Positions 20,423 to 28,628 of a stretch of 64,000 nt of DNA are shown here, piece by piece. The stretch covers positions 2,542-66,541 of the forward strand of contig JAFQFG010000193.1 of assembly GCA_017398695.1 (NCBI GenBank), read 5' to 3'. Position 1 is the stretch's first letter. Each line of letters starts with the position of its first letter. Source of the stretch: Alistipes sp. GTDB lineage: Bacteria; Bacteroidota; Bacteroidia; Bacteroidales; Rikenellaceae. The notes below the pieces were generated by a model, which saw only the letters and a program-made list of their open reading frames with translations, was not told the DNA's origin and made no database searches. Made by a program: the position numbers and the translations under genes.

Positions 20423-21469
20423 TTATTCGGTAAGGATATAGCTGTTCAGCCCCTCACCATACTCCTTTACCGGTGTTGCAGAGTACTTCGAGAAGTATTC
20501 CGCATCCATAAAGAGTGCGAACGAAGTGACATTCTTGACTCCCATCTTGGCAAAGGTGTCGATGTCCGACAAGAATACGTCACGACGCCACGGCAACTCC
20601 ACGGCCGGCTTCTTCCATCGGCTGAAGAGAGAAACATCCAACCAATACTCCAGAATGATAGCCGTTTCGGGGTCGAACACCTCTAAGTTATCCTTCAGAC
20701 ACTGCAGATTCTCACCGTGAGTCATTCCGCGTCTTTCGACCTCCAGGTCGGTCAGCGGATGCTCCCACGAACGGAAGTAGGGGGCAAACTCCAGGAAGAT
20801 ACCTTCAACAGGCTTGACTTTGCGAGGAGCCTGCACAGCATTGTGGTAAGCCAGGTGGGCAAGTTGCGCCTCGGGGTCTATTTCGCGCAACCCCTTGATG
20901 ATGCGGTTCTCGATGATAAGCGCCTGATCGCTTGGGCTGAAATCCTTGCACTTGGGACATTGGCACACGGGTTTGCCATCGTCCAGCCAATAGTAGTAGC
21001 GGTGGTTGGTCGGGCGCAGCACCTTGGCAATCTCGACTGCATTTTTCACGATAATTTCCAGTGCTCGTTCCGAGTGTACGCAGCAGTTCACGTCCGCCAC
21101 ACGGCGACCCTCCTCGTTCATGCGGAACATTGTCGAATCCTCGGCAAAGAGCTCGCGGGGCAGCAGCTCCTTCATTGCGTGCAGTTGGTGCTCGACATCA
21201 ATGCCGTACTTCTCGCACTCGGCCAAAAACTCCTGGCCCTTCTCCGAAAGGATAAACTCGCTGATCTCGGCACACATAGCCTTGCATCCGGGAGCCATGT
21301 GCGTTCCGATGGTGTTGATACCGTTCTCGGCCGCCATCTTGACCCACTCCACGCTGGTCAGGTCGGTAGGGTCGAGGATTATTCCCTTCATCTGATAGTG
21401 GCTCTGGGGCTTGCAGCCTGCTATCAGTGCTACGGCAATCGCTACAGCAATCGATAAAAATCTCTTCAT
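20423..21469 (-). CDS. Lipoprotein, DUF4838-like domain
   Basis: Start at ATG 21469 with lipobox LIAGC; WLDD..CQCPKC, LAYH, LEYWLDVS. Confidence 0.65.
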   Translation of the reverse strand: MKRFLSIAVAIAVALIAGCKPQSHYQMKGIILDPTDLTSVEWVKMAAENGINTIGTHMAPGCKAMCAEISEFILSEKGQEFLAECEKYGIDVEHQLHAMKELLPRELFAEDSTMFRMNEEGRRVADVNCCVHSERALEIIVKNAVEIAKVLRPTNHRYYYWLDDGKPVCQCPKCKDFSPSDQALIIENRIIKGLREIDPEAQLAHLAYHNAVQAPRKVKPVEGIFLEFAPYFRSWEHPLTDLEVERRGMTHGENLQCLKDNLEVFDPETAIILEYWLDVSLFSRWKKPAVELPWRRDVFLSDIDTFAKMGVKNVTSFALFMDAEYFSKYSATPVKEYGEGLNSYILTE

Positions 21470-21498
21470 AATTTTTTTGGTTAAATTCAGTTGTGGTA

Positions 21499-21527
21499 CA
21501 AAGATATAAAAATTTTGCGTATATTTG
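21499..21527. promoter_or_regulatory. Back-to-back divergent -7 promoter elements (lipoprotein / nfo)
   Basis: TATCTTTG on minus (21499-21506) and TATATTTG on plus (21520-21527). Confidence 0.6.
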
Positions 21528-21568
21528 TAAACGAGAAGTGATTTACAGAAATAGAGTAAAAATAGAAA

Positions 21569-22414
21569 ATGAAATACATAGGAGCACACGTCAGCGCATC
21601 GGGCGGAGTTGAGAATGCACCGCTCAATGCCCATGCAATAGGGGCAACGGCTTTTGCCCTCTTTACCAAGAACCAACGCCAATGGAGTGCACCTCCTGTG
21701 ACGGATGAACAGGCCGCACGATTCAAGGAGGCTTGTGCAAAGTATGGCTACACTGCCTCGCAGATTCTTCCGCACGACAGCTACCTCATAAATCTCGGCC
21801 ATCCCGAGCGAGAAGGTCTTGAAAAGTCGCGTGCGGCATTCTTCGAGGAGATGGAGCGTTGCGAAAAGTTGGGGCTCGACCGTCTGAATTTCCATCCTGG
21901 CAGCCATCTCAACAAGATTACCGCCCTACAATCGCTCGACCGCATTGCCGAGTCGATAAATATGGCACTCGACCGTACCCATGGAGTGACAGCCGTCATC
22001 GAGAACACCGCAGGTCAGGGCTCAAATCTCGGCTTTGCCTTCGAACATCTTGCTTACATCATCGAGCGAGTGGAGGATAAGTCGCGTGTGGGAGTCTGCA
22101 TCGACACCTGCCACGCCTTTGCTGCCGGATACGACCTGCGCACGCGCGAGGCCTTCGAGCAGACATTTGCCGATTTTGACCGCATCGTTGGTTTCGGCTA
22201 TCTGCGCGGTATGCACCTCAATGATGCAATGAAGATTCTCGGTAGCCATGTCGACCGTCACTCACCACTCGGTGAGGGTATGCTCGGCATTGATACGTTC
22301 CGGTTTATCTGCGAGGACCCGCGATTTGATAATGTCCCCCTCATCCTCGAAACACCCGATGAGAGCCGTTGGAGCGAGGAGATTGCCCGCCTGAAGGGTT
22401 TTGCCGGGGTGTAG
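21569..22414 (+). CDS. nfo: Endonuclease IV (AP endonuclease 2)
   Basis: [39 protein letters not shown]. Confidence 0.95.
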   Translation: MKYIGAHVSASGGVENAPLNAHAIGATAFALFTKNQRQWSAPPVTDEQAARFKEACAKYGYTASQILPHDSYLINLGHPEREGLEKSRAAFFEEMERCEKLGLDRLNFHPGSHLNKITALQSLDRIAESINMALDRTHGVTAVIENTAGQGSNLGFAFEHLAYIIERVEDKSRVGVCIDTCHAFAAGYDLRTREAFEQTFADFDRIVGFGYLRGMHLNDAMKILGSHVDRHSPLGEGMLGIDTFRFICEDPRFDNVPLILETPDESRWSEEIARLKGFAGV

Positions 22415-22441
22415 ATGTCGATCTGATAAGTTGTAGTCAAG

Positions 22442-23521
22442 ATGGGGAAACGATATCTATTCTATGTGGCTCACTCATACGCCTACGCAATTCTATTCCC
22501 GATTGAGGAGGAGATAGCCCGTCGTGGCGGAGAGTCAGCGTGGTTCGTCGAGCAGGAGTGTCCGGTGGAGCCCCTTGGGGAGCGCCGTCGCATTGAGGAT
22601 TTCGATGAGATTGAGCGCTTTGACCCCATAGCCGTTTTTGCCCCGGGAAACTACATCCCCGACTTCTTCCCGGGCGTGAAAGTGGAGCTCTTCCACGGCT
22701 ACCCAATAAACAAACGAGCCGACCGCCACGATGACCACTTTACCATCCGCGACTGGTTCGACCTCTACTGCACGCAGGGCCCGAGTAGCACAATCCCCTT
22801 CGAAGAGATTGCCCAAAAACTCGGCACCTTCCGCGTGAGAGAAACCGGCTGGGCAAAGAGCGACAGCTATATCCGCGCGGCAGAGTCTGAAGCTGCCCAA
22901 AAGGCAACCGTTGCAGGTGAGCCCGGTCGCCCCACGATACTCTACTCGTCAACCTTCACCCGCTCGCTGACATCGACAACCATCCTCGCCGACGAGGTCG
23001 AACGCATGGTCGCCTCGGGACGCTGGAATTGGATATTTATGTTCCACCCAAAGCTCGATGACGAGCAGGTGCTGGGACACTATCGCTCGCTTGCCGAACG
23101 GTACGACAACGCCCGATACTACGGTAATACGTTCAACATGAAGGCTATGACCGATGCCGATGTAATGCTCTGTGACTCCTCCTCGATAATCATGGAGTTT
23201 ATGCTCCTCGACAAACCCGTGGTGACCTTCCGCAACTCAATGCCCGGAGCTCATCTGCTCGACGTCGCAGAGGTGCAGGCAGTTGAACCCGCCCTCGAAA
23301 AAGCCCTCATCCGACCCGAAGAACTGATGGCAAACCTCCGCGCATGGCGTGACCACCACGAAGCCCACCGCGACGGACAGTGCGCAGCACGTATCCTCGA
23401 TGCCGTAGATGAACTGATCACAGATGGCGGTGCAAAATGCCTGAAACCCAAGCCTCTAAATCTTGTGCGTAAACTTAAACTGCGTAAAAAATTGGGCTAC
23501 CCCCTATTTAAGAAGTTGTAA
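22442..23521 (+). CDS. CDP-glycerol glycerophosphotransferase (TagB/TagF-like) family protein
   Basis: FHG, LYSSTF, FHPK, CDSSSIIMEF, DG..A.RI motifs. Confidence 0.75.
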   Translation: MGKRYLFYVAHSYAYAILFPIEEEIARRGGESAWFVEQECPVEPLGERRRIEDFDEIERFDPIAVFAPGNYIPDFFPGVKVELFHGYPINKRADRHDDHFTIRDWFDLYCTQGPSSTIPFEEIAQKLGTFRVRETGWAKSDSYIRAAESEAAQKATVAGEPGRPTILYSSTFTRSLTSTTILADEVERMVASGRWNWIFMFHPKLDDEQVLGHYRSLAERYDNARYYGNTFNMKAMTDADVMLCDSSSIIMEFMLLDKPVVTFRNSMPGAHLLDVAEVQAVEPALEKALIRPEELMANLRAWRDHHEAHRDGQCAARILDAVDELITDGGAKCLKPKPLNLVRKLKLRKKLGYPLFKKL

Positions 23522-23685
23522 TAATTTGTCCGCTTTTGGAAATCTTTGTCGCTTTTGGAAAAAAGCGACGCAAAACCTTTCAGCCGAAACTGCGTTTCGG
23601 GGAGTTTGACAGTATGATTTTGTCGCGAGGTTTTATTGCGTTTTATTGCGAGGGTTTGGTTGTCTGCGACAATAACACAAAACGA

Positions 23686-23727
23686 AAAGAGTGACCTTTT
23701 GTAAGTAAACTTACACGGTCACTCTTT
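23686..23727. terminator. Bidirectional hairpin between convergent genes
   Basis: AAAGAGTGACC...GGTCACTCTTT with inner GTAAG/CTTAC stem. Confidence 0.65.
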
Positions 23728-23798
23728 CCATTTTGCAGCATCCTTGCGGATAGCCAATCCCTCGAGAACTAAAAAACAATCTCTTCAAATTGTGAACC

Positions 23799-23896
23799 GA
23801 CGAACGAAGCAATGGGGAGAGGCTGCTTGCAGACTATCCCTTGCAAGGAGGAGGAAAAGAGTTTTTTATAAAAAACTCTTAATTGTGAATTGAGAA
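23799..23896 (+). repeat. Dispersed intergenic repeat, family A, copy 2
   Basis: Aligns with 4476-4572; lies between 22-bp direct repeats at 23715-23736 and 23897-23918. Confidence 0.75.
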
Positions 23897-23919
23897 ACGG
23901 TCACTCTTTCCATTTTGCG

Positions 23920-24759
23920 CTATCCTCTTCTTGCGTTTTTGCAGCCGAGCATTTTGCGCAGGGCGAAGATGGTATTGTTGATTATGCGGTGCAGGTCGTA
24001 GCTCCATCTGCTTTTGGGTTTCAGGCGGTCATCGACCATATAGACAGCCTTATAACATATGCGCATGCCCTTATGCAGTGCATAGACCATCAGCAATCGC
24101 TCGCTGATATAACCGAAGATGCGACCCTGCACGGGATCTGCCGGAACTTCGATGCGACGCTCTGCCTCGAAGAGGGTGTCGAACAGCCACTGAGAGTACT
24201 CCTCAAAATCTTTGCGACGCATAACAAACATATTGAATCGTGCCAACAGGTTATTCTCAAAAAAGACCTTATCGAAGGCAGCCAGATATTCGGGCGAGCG
24301 CTCTGCGACAATTTCGCGCACGGTGAGGATATCCTCTCCGCGGTGGCTGCGGGCGTATTCGGTGTAGAGGTTGCGGCTCTGCACTCTCGGCTTTGAGAGG
24401 ACGATGTCGCAGCTCTCGAAGAGCTTGTCCATATCGGGCAGAGGATGCTCCACGCTAAAGAAATCATCCGTGCGGACTATGCGCACATTCCCGGGCTCAT
24501 CACCAAAGTCAAAGTAGCGACGATAGTGGCTCAGACCGACATAGTCGGCCTCGCCAAGATTTTTCCACGCCCAATAGTGGGCTGTCAACTCGCAGAAACT
24601 ACGATTTTTGGCGCTGATATTATCGCCCGTATCGTCGCTCGTGAAGCCTAAGTCGACAGTCGATATAGCTTTGCCCACTTGAATAGGCAGGTATGGTGCG
24701 TGCGCCAAACAGCGGTCTTGCTTGTGGGCGCAGACCAAAATTGTGGTTTTGCTCATCAT
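23920..24759 (-). CDS. DUF4422 family protein, putative galactofuranosyltransferase
   Basis: HK, PIQVG, DDTGDNIS.KN..FCELT..YW.WKN, GLSHYRRYF, GYISERL; directly downstream of glf. Confidence 0.8.
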   Translation of the reverse strand: MMSKTTILVCAHKQDRCLAHAPYLPIQVGKAISTVDLGFTSDDTGDNISAKNRSFCELTAHYWAWKNLGEADYVGLSHYRRYFDFGDEPGNVRIVRTDDFFSVEHPLPDMDKLFESCDIVLSKPRVQSRNLYTEYARSHRGEDILTVREIVAERSPEYLAAFDKVFFENNLLARFNMFVMRRKDFEEYSQWLFDTLFEAERRIEVPADPVQGRIFGYISERLLMVYALHKGMRICYKAVYMVDDRLKPKSRWSYDLHRIINNTIFALRKMLGCKNARRG

Positions 24760-25847
24760 AAATCCAATTTAAGTGCGCTCTCGATAACCTTGTCCATATC
24801 GTAGTAGCGATACTCGCCCAGGCGACCACCGAAAATAACTTTATTATCCGCAGCCGCCAATGCGCGGTAGCGCTCGGCAAGGGTGTTGTTGCGCTCATCG
24901 TTGATGGGGTAGTAGGGTTCTTTACCTTCGCCAAACTCGTCAGGATACTCGCGGGTGATGACGGTCGAAGGTTGTTTGCCGAACTCGAAATGTTTATGTT
25001 CGATAATGCGGGTGTAGGGAACTTCGCGCTCGGTGTAGTTTACCACGGCACAACCTTGGTAGTTCTCCATGGGCAACTTCTCATGCTCGAAACGGAGTGA
25101 ACGGTAGTCCAAAGCGCCGAAACAGTAGTTATAGTACTCATCAATGCGCCCCGTGAAGATGACCTTGTCGCACTGCGCGAGCCACCCCTCTCGGTCGGCA
25201 AAAAAGTCGGTATTGCAACGCACTTCGACACCCTCAAACAGAGCATCAATAATCTTGTTGTATCCACCGATGGGGATTCCCTGCCAGCGGTCGTTGAAGT
25301 AGTTGTTGTCGAAGGTTAGTCGCACGGGCAGACGACGGATGATGAATGCCGGCAGCTCGCGGGCATCACACCCCCACTGCTTCTCGGTGTAGCCCTTGAT
25401 CAGTGTTTCGTAGATGTCGCGACCAACCAGCGAGATCGCCTGCTCTTCGAGATTTTGCGGCTCCGAGACGCCTGCTTCGCGACGCTGCTCGTCAATCTTG
25501 GCTTGTGCTTCAGCCGGAGTTGTCACGCCCCACATCGCATGAAAGGTGTTCATGTTGAACGGCAGATTATAGAGCTTACCCTTGTAGTTTGCTACGGGGG
25601 AGTTGATATAGTTATTGAACTCGGCAAAGCGATTTACAAACTCCCAAACCTCACGATTGGATGTGTGGAAGATGTGAGCTCCATATTTGTGGACATTGAT
25701 GCCGTCAACCTCCTCGCAGTAGATGTTGCCTCCGCGATGGGGACGTCGCTCGATGACCAAAACGCTGTGCCCGGCCTGCTTGGCCCGCCATGCCGCCACA
25801 GCACCGAATAGGCCTGCTCCAACTATCAGATAATCATACTTTTTCAT
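24756..25847 (-). CDS. glf: UDP-galactopyranose mutase
   Basis: GAGLFG, HKYGAHIFHT, YTEKQWG, EPYYP, GRLGEYRYYDMD. Confidence 0.95.
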   Translation of the reverse strand: MKKYDYLIVGAGLFGAVAAWRAKQAGHSVLVIERRPHRGGNIYCEEVDGINVHKYGAHIFHTSNREVWEFVNRFAEFNNYINSPVANYKGKLYNLPFNMNTFHAMWGVTTPAEAQAKIDEQRREAGVSEPQNLEEQAISLVGRDIYETLIKGYTEKQWGCDARELPAFIIRRLPVRLTFDNNYFNDRWQGIPIGGYNKIIDALFEGVEVRCNTDFFADREGWLAQCDKVIFTGRIDEYYNYCFGALDYRSLRFEHEKLPMENYQGCAVVNYTEREVPYTRIIEHKHFEFGKQPSTVITREYPDEFGEGKEPYYPINDERNNTLAERYRALAAADNKVIFGGRLGEYRYYDMDKVIESALKLDL

Positions 25848-25934
25848 AATCAATCGGGCGACTTTTCATCGCCTCTATATGCAAAGGTAACAAAAACCTC
25901 TACCAAATCAAAATTTTTGTTGCAGGCCGCTTGC

Positions 25935-25971
25935 AAAAAGGGCTGTCGCAACCTACGTGTCGGACAGCCCT
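25935..25971 (-). terminator. Intrinsic terminator downstream of glpD
   Basis: AGGGCTGTC...GACAGCCCT inverted repeat preceded by an A-tract. Confidence 0.6.
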
Positions 25972-26019
25972 CTCTCCTATTTATCTCCTCCTAAGCCCAC
26001 TCCACAGCGGGGTGCGGGA

Positions 26020-27588
26020 TTAGTCGAGATAGTAGTGCGATGCGATCTCCTGGAATGCAGCCACCTGCTCATCAATCCACTTCTGGTCTTTGCCCAGCTC
26101 GGCAGCCATGATTGCAGCGACCTTCGGAGCTACAGCCGAGGCCTCGCGTGCATCTACATAGAGCATGCGGACACGGCGTGCCAAAACGTCGTCTACATTG
26201 CGAGCCATCTCCTCACGAACAGCCCATACAACCTCGGCTACCGTGTAGTCGAACTTCTCCGACAACTTCTCGCCAAATGCGGGGTTCTCCTTTGCGAGTG
26301 CGAGGATTGCATCCTGGTCGCTACCATATACGTACATGTGATCATCGAGGTTGGGATTCGGACGCCAGCCGTGAACCTTGTAGTTGTAGGTCTGACACTT
26401 GCGCTTGGGCAGCAGGCCGAGTGCAATGGCCTTGTCGACAGTGTCTTGTGCCATGCGACGATGAGTAGTCCACTTACCACCGGTGATGGTGATGAGGTTG
26501 TTCTCCGAAACCAGCACCTTGTGGCTACGCGAGATCTCCTTGGTGCTCTTACCCTCCTTCTTGGGCGCTGCCAGAGGACGCTGACCTGCGAATACCGAGA
26601 GGATATCCTTGCGGGTCGGTGCGGGGTTCATATAGAGCGATGCGGTATTGAGGATGAAGTCGATCTCCTCCTCAAGCGGACGAGGCTCCATCTCGGCAGT
26701 CTCGCGAACGATGTCGGTTGTGCCGACTACAACACGTCCGTGCCAAGGTACTGCAAAGAGTACGCGACCATCCGAAGTCTTGGGAACCATGATTGCATAG
26801 TCGCTCTGCAAGAACTTCATGTCGAGAACGATGTGAACGCCCTGGCTCGGTACGACCATCTTGGTGTGGCTATCCGAGTCCATCTTCATGATATCATCTA
26901 CGAAGCAGCCGGCAGCGTTGATAACAGCCTTGGCTTTTACCGAGTACTCCTTGCCGCTCTCGTTGTCCACGACAACAACGCCGGCAGCCTTACCCTCAGC
27001 ATCGTGCAACATCGACTTCACGGTCATCTGGTTGATGGGGCAACCACCGTGCTCGGCAGTGGTCTGCGCGAGATTGATGGCCAGACGTGCATCGTCAAAC
27101 TGTCCATCGCGGTAGATAACACCACCCTTCAGGCCTTCGTGATTGATTTTGGGCAGATACTTCTTAACCTTTCCCTTTGGGATGAAGTACGAACGGCCGA
27201 GTCCGAGACCTCCCCACGAAAGCATGTCATAAACCGTCAAACCGCAGGTGTAGAGGAAGTTGTCAAACCACGAATAGTTTGAGATGAGGAACGATTGGTT
27301 CTTCACGAGGTGGGGCGCGTTGCGACGCAGACGACCACGCTCATGCAAGGCCTCACGTACAAGAGCAACATCACCCTTCTGAAGGTAACGCACACCACCG
27401 TGTACGAGTTTGGTACTACGGCTCGAGGTACACTTTGCAAAGTCGTTCTGCTCAAAGAGCGCTACGCTGAATCCACGCATTGCTGCATCTACGGCACAGC
27501 CCAGACCGGTTGCACCGCCACCGACAACGACAATGTCCCAAACCTTGTTCGCATCGGCGATTTGTTCGATTAAGAGATCTCTTTTCAT
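26020..27588 (-). CDS. glpD: FAD-dependent glycerol-3-phosphate dehydrogenase/oxidase
   Basis: GGGATG, TSSRSTKLVHGGVRYL, GGKWTT; start ATG 27588; promoter TAATTTTG at 27666-27673. Confidence 0.9.
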   Translation of the reverse strand: MKRDLLIEQIADANKVWDIVVVGGGATGLGCAVDAAMRGFSVALFEQNDFAKCTSSRSTKLVHGGVRYLQKGDVALVREALHERGRLRRNAPHLVKNQSFLISNYSWFDNFLYTCGLTVYDMLSWGGLGLGRSYFIPKGKVKKYLPKINHEGLKGGVIYRDGQFDDARLAINLAQTTAEHGGCPINQMTVKSMLHDAEGKAAGVVVVDNESGKEYSVKAKAVINAAGCFVDDIMKMDSDSHTKMVVPSQGVHIVLDMKFLQSDYAIMVPKTSDGRVLFAVPWHGRVVVGTTDIVRETAEMEPRPLEEEIDFILNTASLYMNPAPTRKDILSVFAGQRPLAAPKKEGKSTKEISRSHKVLVSENNLITITGGKWTTHRRMAQDTVDKAIALGLLPKRKCQTYNYKVHGWRPNPNLDDHMYVYGSDQDAILALAKENPAFGEKLSEKFDYTVAEVVWAVREEMARNVDDVLARRVRMLYVDAREASAVAPKVAAIMAAELGKDQKWIDEQVAAFQEIASHYYLD

Positions 27589-28018
27589 TTTTTGATTTGA
27601 TGTATATTGTTGTTTACTGACCCGAATAGAGGCTCGGCGAGGAGTCAAATCGCCGATTTGCGTTGCAAAATTAGCCTTTTTATTACTTTTTGCAAAACTT
27701 TTTGGCAGTTTTTCTTTAGAAAAGAAACATTTACGTATCTAAAAGGCAACTCCATGCTTCGGTGCTGCCTTGAAAGATATTTTGCGTGGAGTGCCGGTCA
27801 AAGTTTGATTATTGTTGATAAGTTTGAAATAAAATGTTATTTCCGGCTTTTTTTTGTGAAAAAAAGAGTGTATTTTTGTAACGATTTCCGGGCTTTTTCG
27901 GAGTGTTAACCCAAAACTTGTTGTAGACGTGTATTTTTCGGATAACATAGTGTCGGTCGGACATCTGTCTTCTCGAAAGCAGAGTGGTTTGTCGGGCTTG
28001 GCTGGTTTGCGTCGAAAA

Positions 28019-28093
28019 ATGCGCCAACAGCGTCAGCATCAGGGTTTAGCGTAAATACAGAGCCGCTGCGACACATTGTGTCGTGGCGGCTCT
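28019..28093 (+). promoter_or_regulatory. Candidate pur operon leader: 11-aa uORF MRQQRQHQGLA (28019-28054) plus 16-bp hairpin (28059-28093)
   Basis: ATG preceded by GAAAA; stem AGAGCCGCTGCGACAC/GTGTCGTGGCGGCTCT with two G-U pairs; only a weak U tail. Confidence 0.4.
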
Positions 28094-28128
28094 CGGTTTG
28101 AAATACAGACAAATTAAAAACTATATTT

Positions 28129-28602
28129 ATGACTTTCAAGGTTGGTATTATTATGGGTTCGGCGAGCGACCTCGAGGTGATGTCGGGAGCCATCAGTACA
28201 TTGGAGCAATTCGGTATCGGGTACGAGAAGCGCGTTATCAGTGCACACCGCGCACCCGATGCGTTGGCCGAGTGGACTAAGGGAGCGCGTGAGCGCGGGT
28301 TGAGTGTGATTATTGCCGGAGCGGGCGGTGCGGCTCACTTGCCGGGCGTTATCGCTGCAATGACGACACTTCCCGTAATCGGTGTGCCGGTGCGTTCGAA
28401 GGCTTTGGGCGGTTTGGACTCGCTCTTGTCGATTGTGCAGATGCCGTCGGGTATTCCGGTGGCTACGATGGCTATTGACGGCTCGAAGAATGCTGCGCTC
28501 TATGCTGTGTCGATGTTGGCGCTGCACGATGCTGCTCTTGCGGCAAAGTTGGAGGAGTTCCGTGCTAAGCAGACCGAAGCTGTATTGAAGGTTGAGATAT
28601 AA
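28129..28602 (+). CDS. purE: N5-CAIR mutase / AIR carboxylase catalytic subunit
   Basis: [31 protein letters not shown]. Confidence 0.95.
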   Translation: MTFKVGIIMGSASDLEVMSGAISTLEQFGIGYEKRVISAHRAPDALAEWTKGARERGLSVIIAGAGGAAHLPGVIAAMTTLPVIGVPVRSKALGGLDSLLSIVQMPSGIPVATMAIDGSKNAALYAVSMLALHDAALAAKLEEFRAKQTEAVLKVEI

Positions 28603-28628
28603 TCAGGCAAAAAAGAAAAAATCGAAAT

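Noticed and set aside
21470-21907. N-terminal extension of the 494-aa ORF overlapping nfo
   Set aside because: The true start is ATG 21469 (lipoprotein signal and own promoter); the extension is antisense to nfo.
27880-28128. Known purine, ZTP or PRPP riboswitch upstream of purE
   Set aside because: Could not find the conserved consensus nucleotides by eye; an Rfam scan is needed to exclude them formally.
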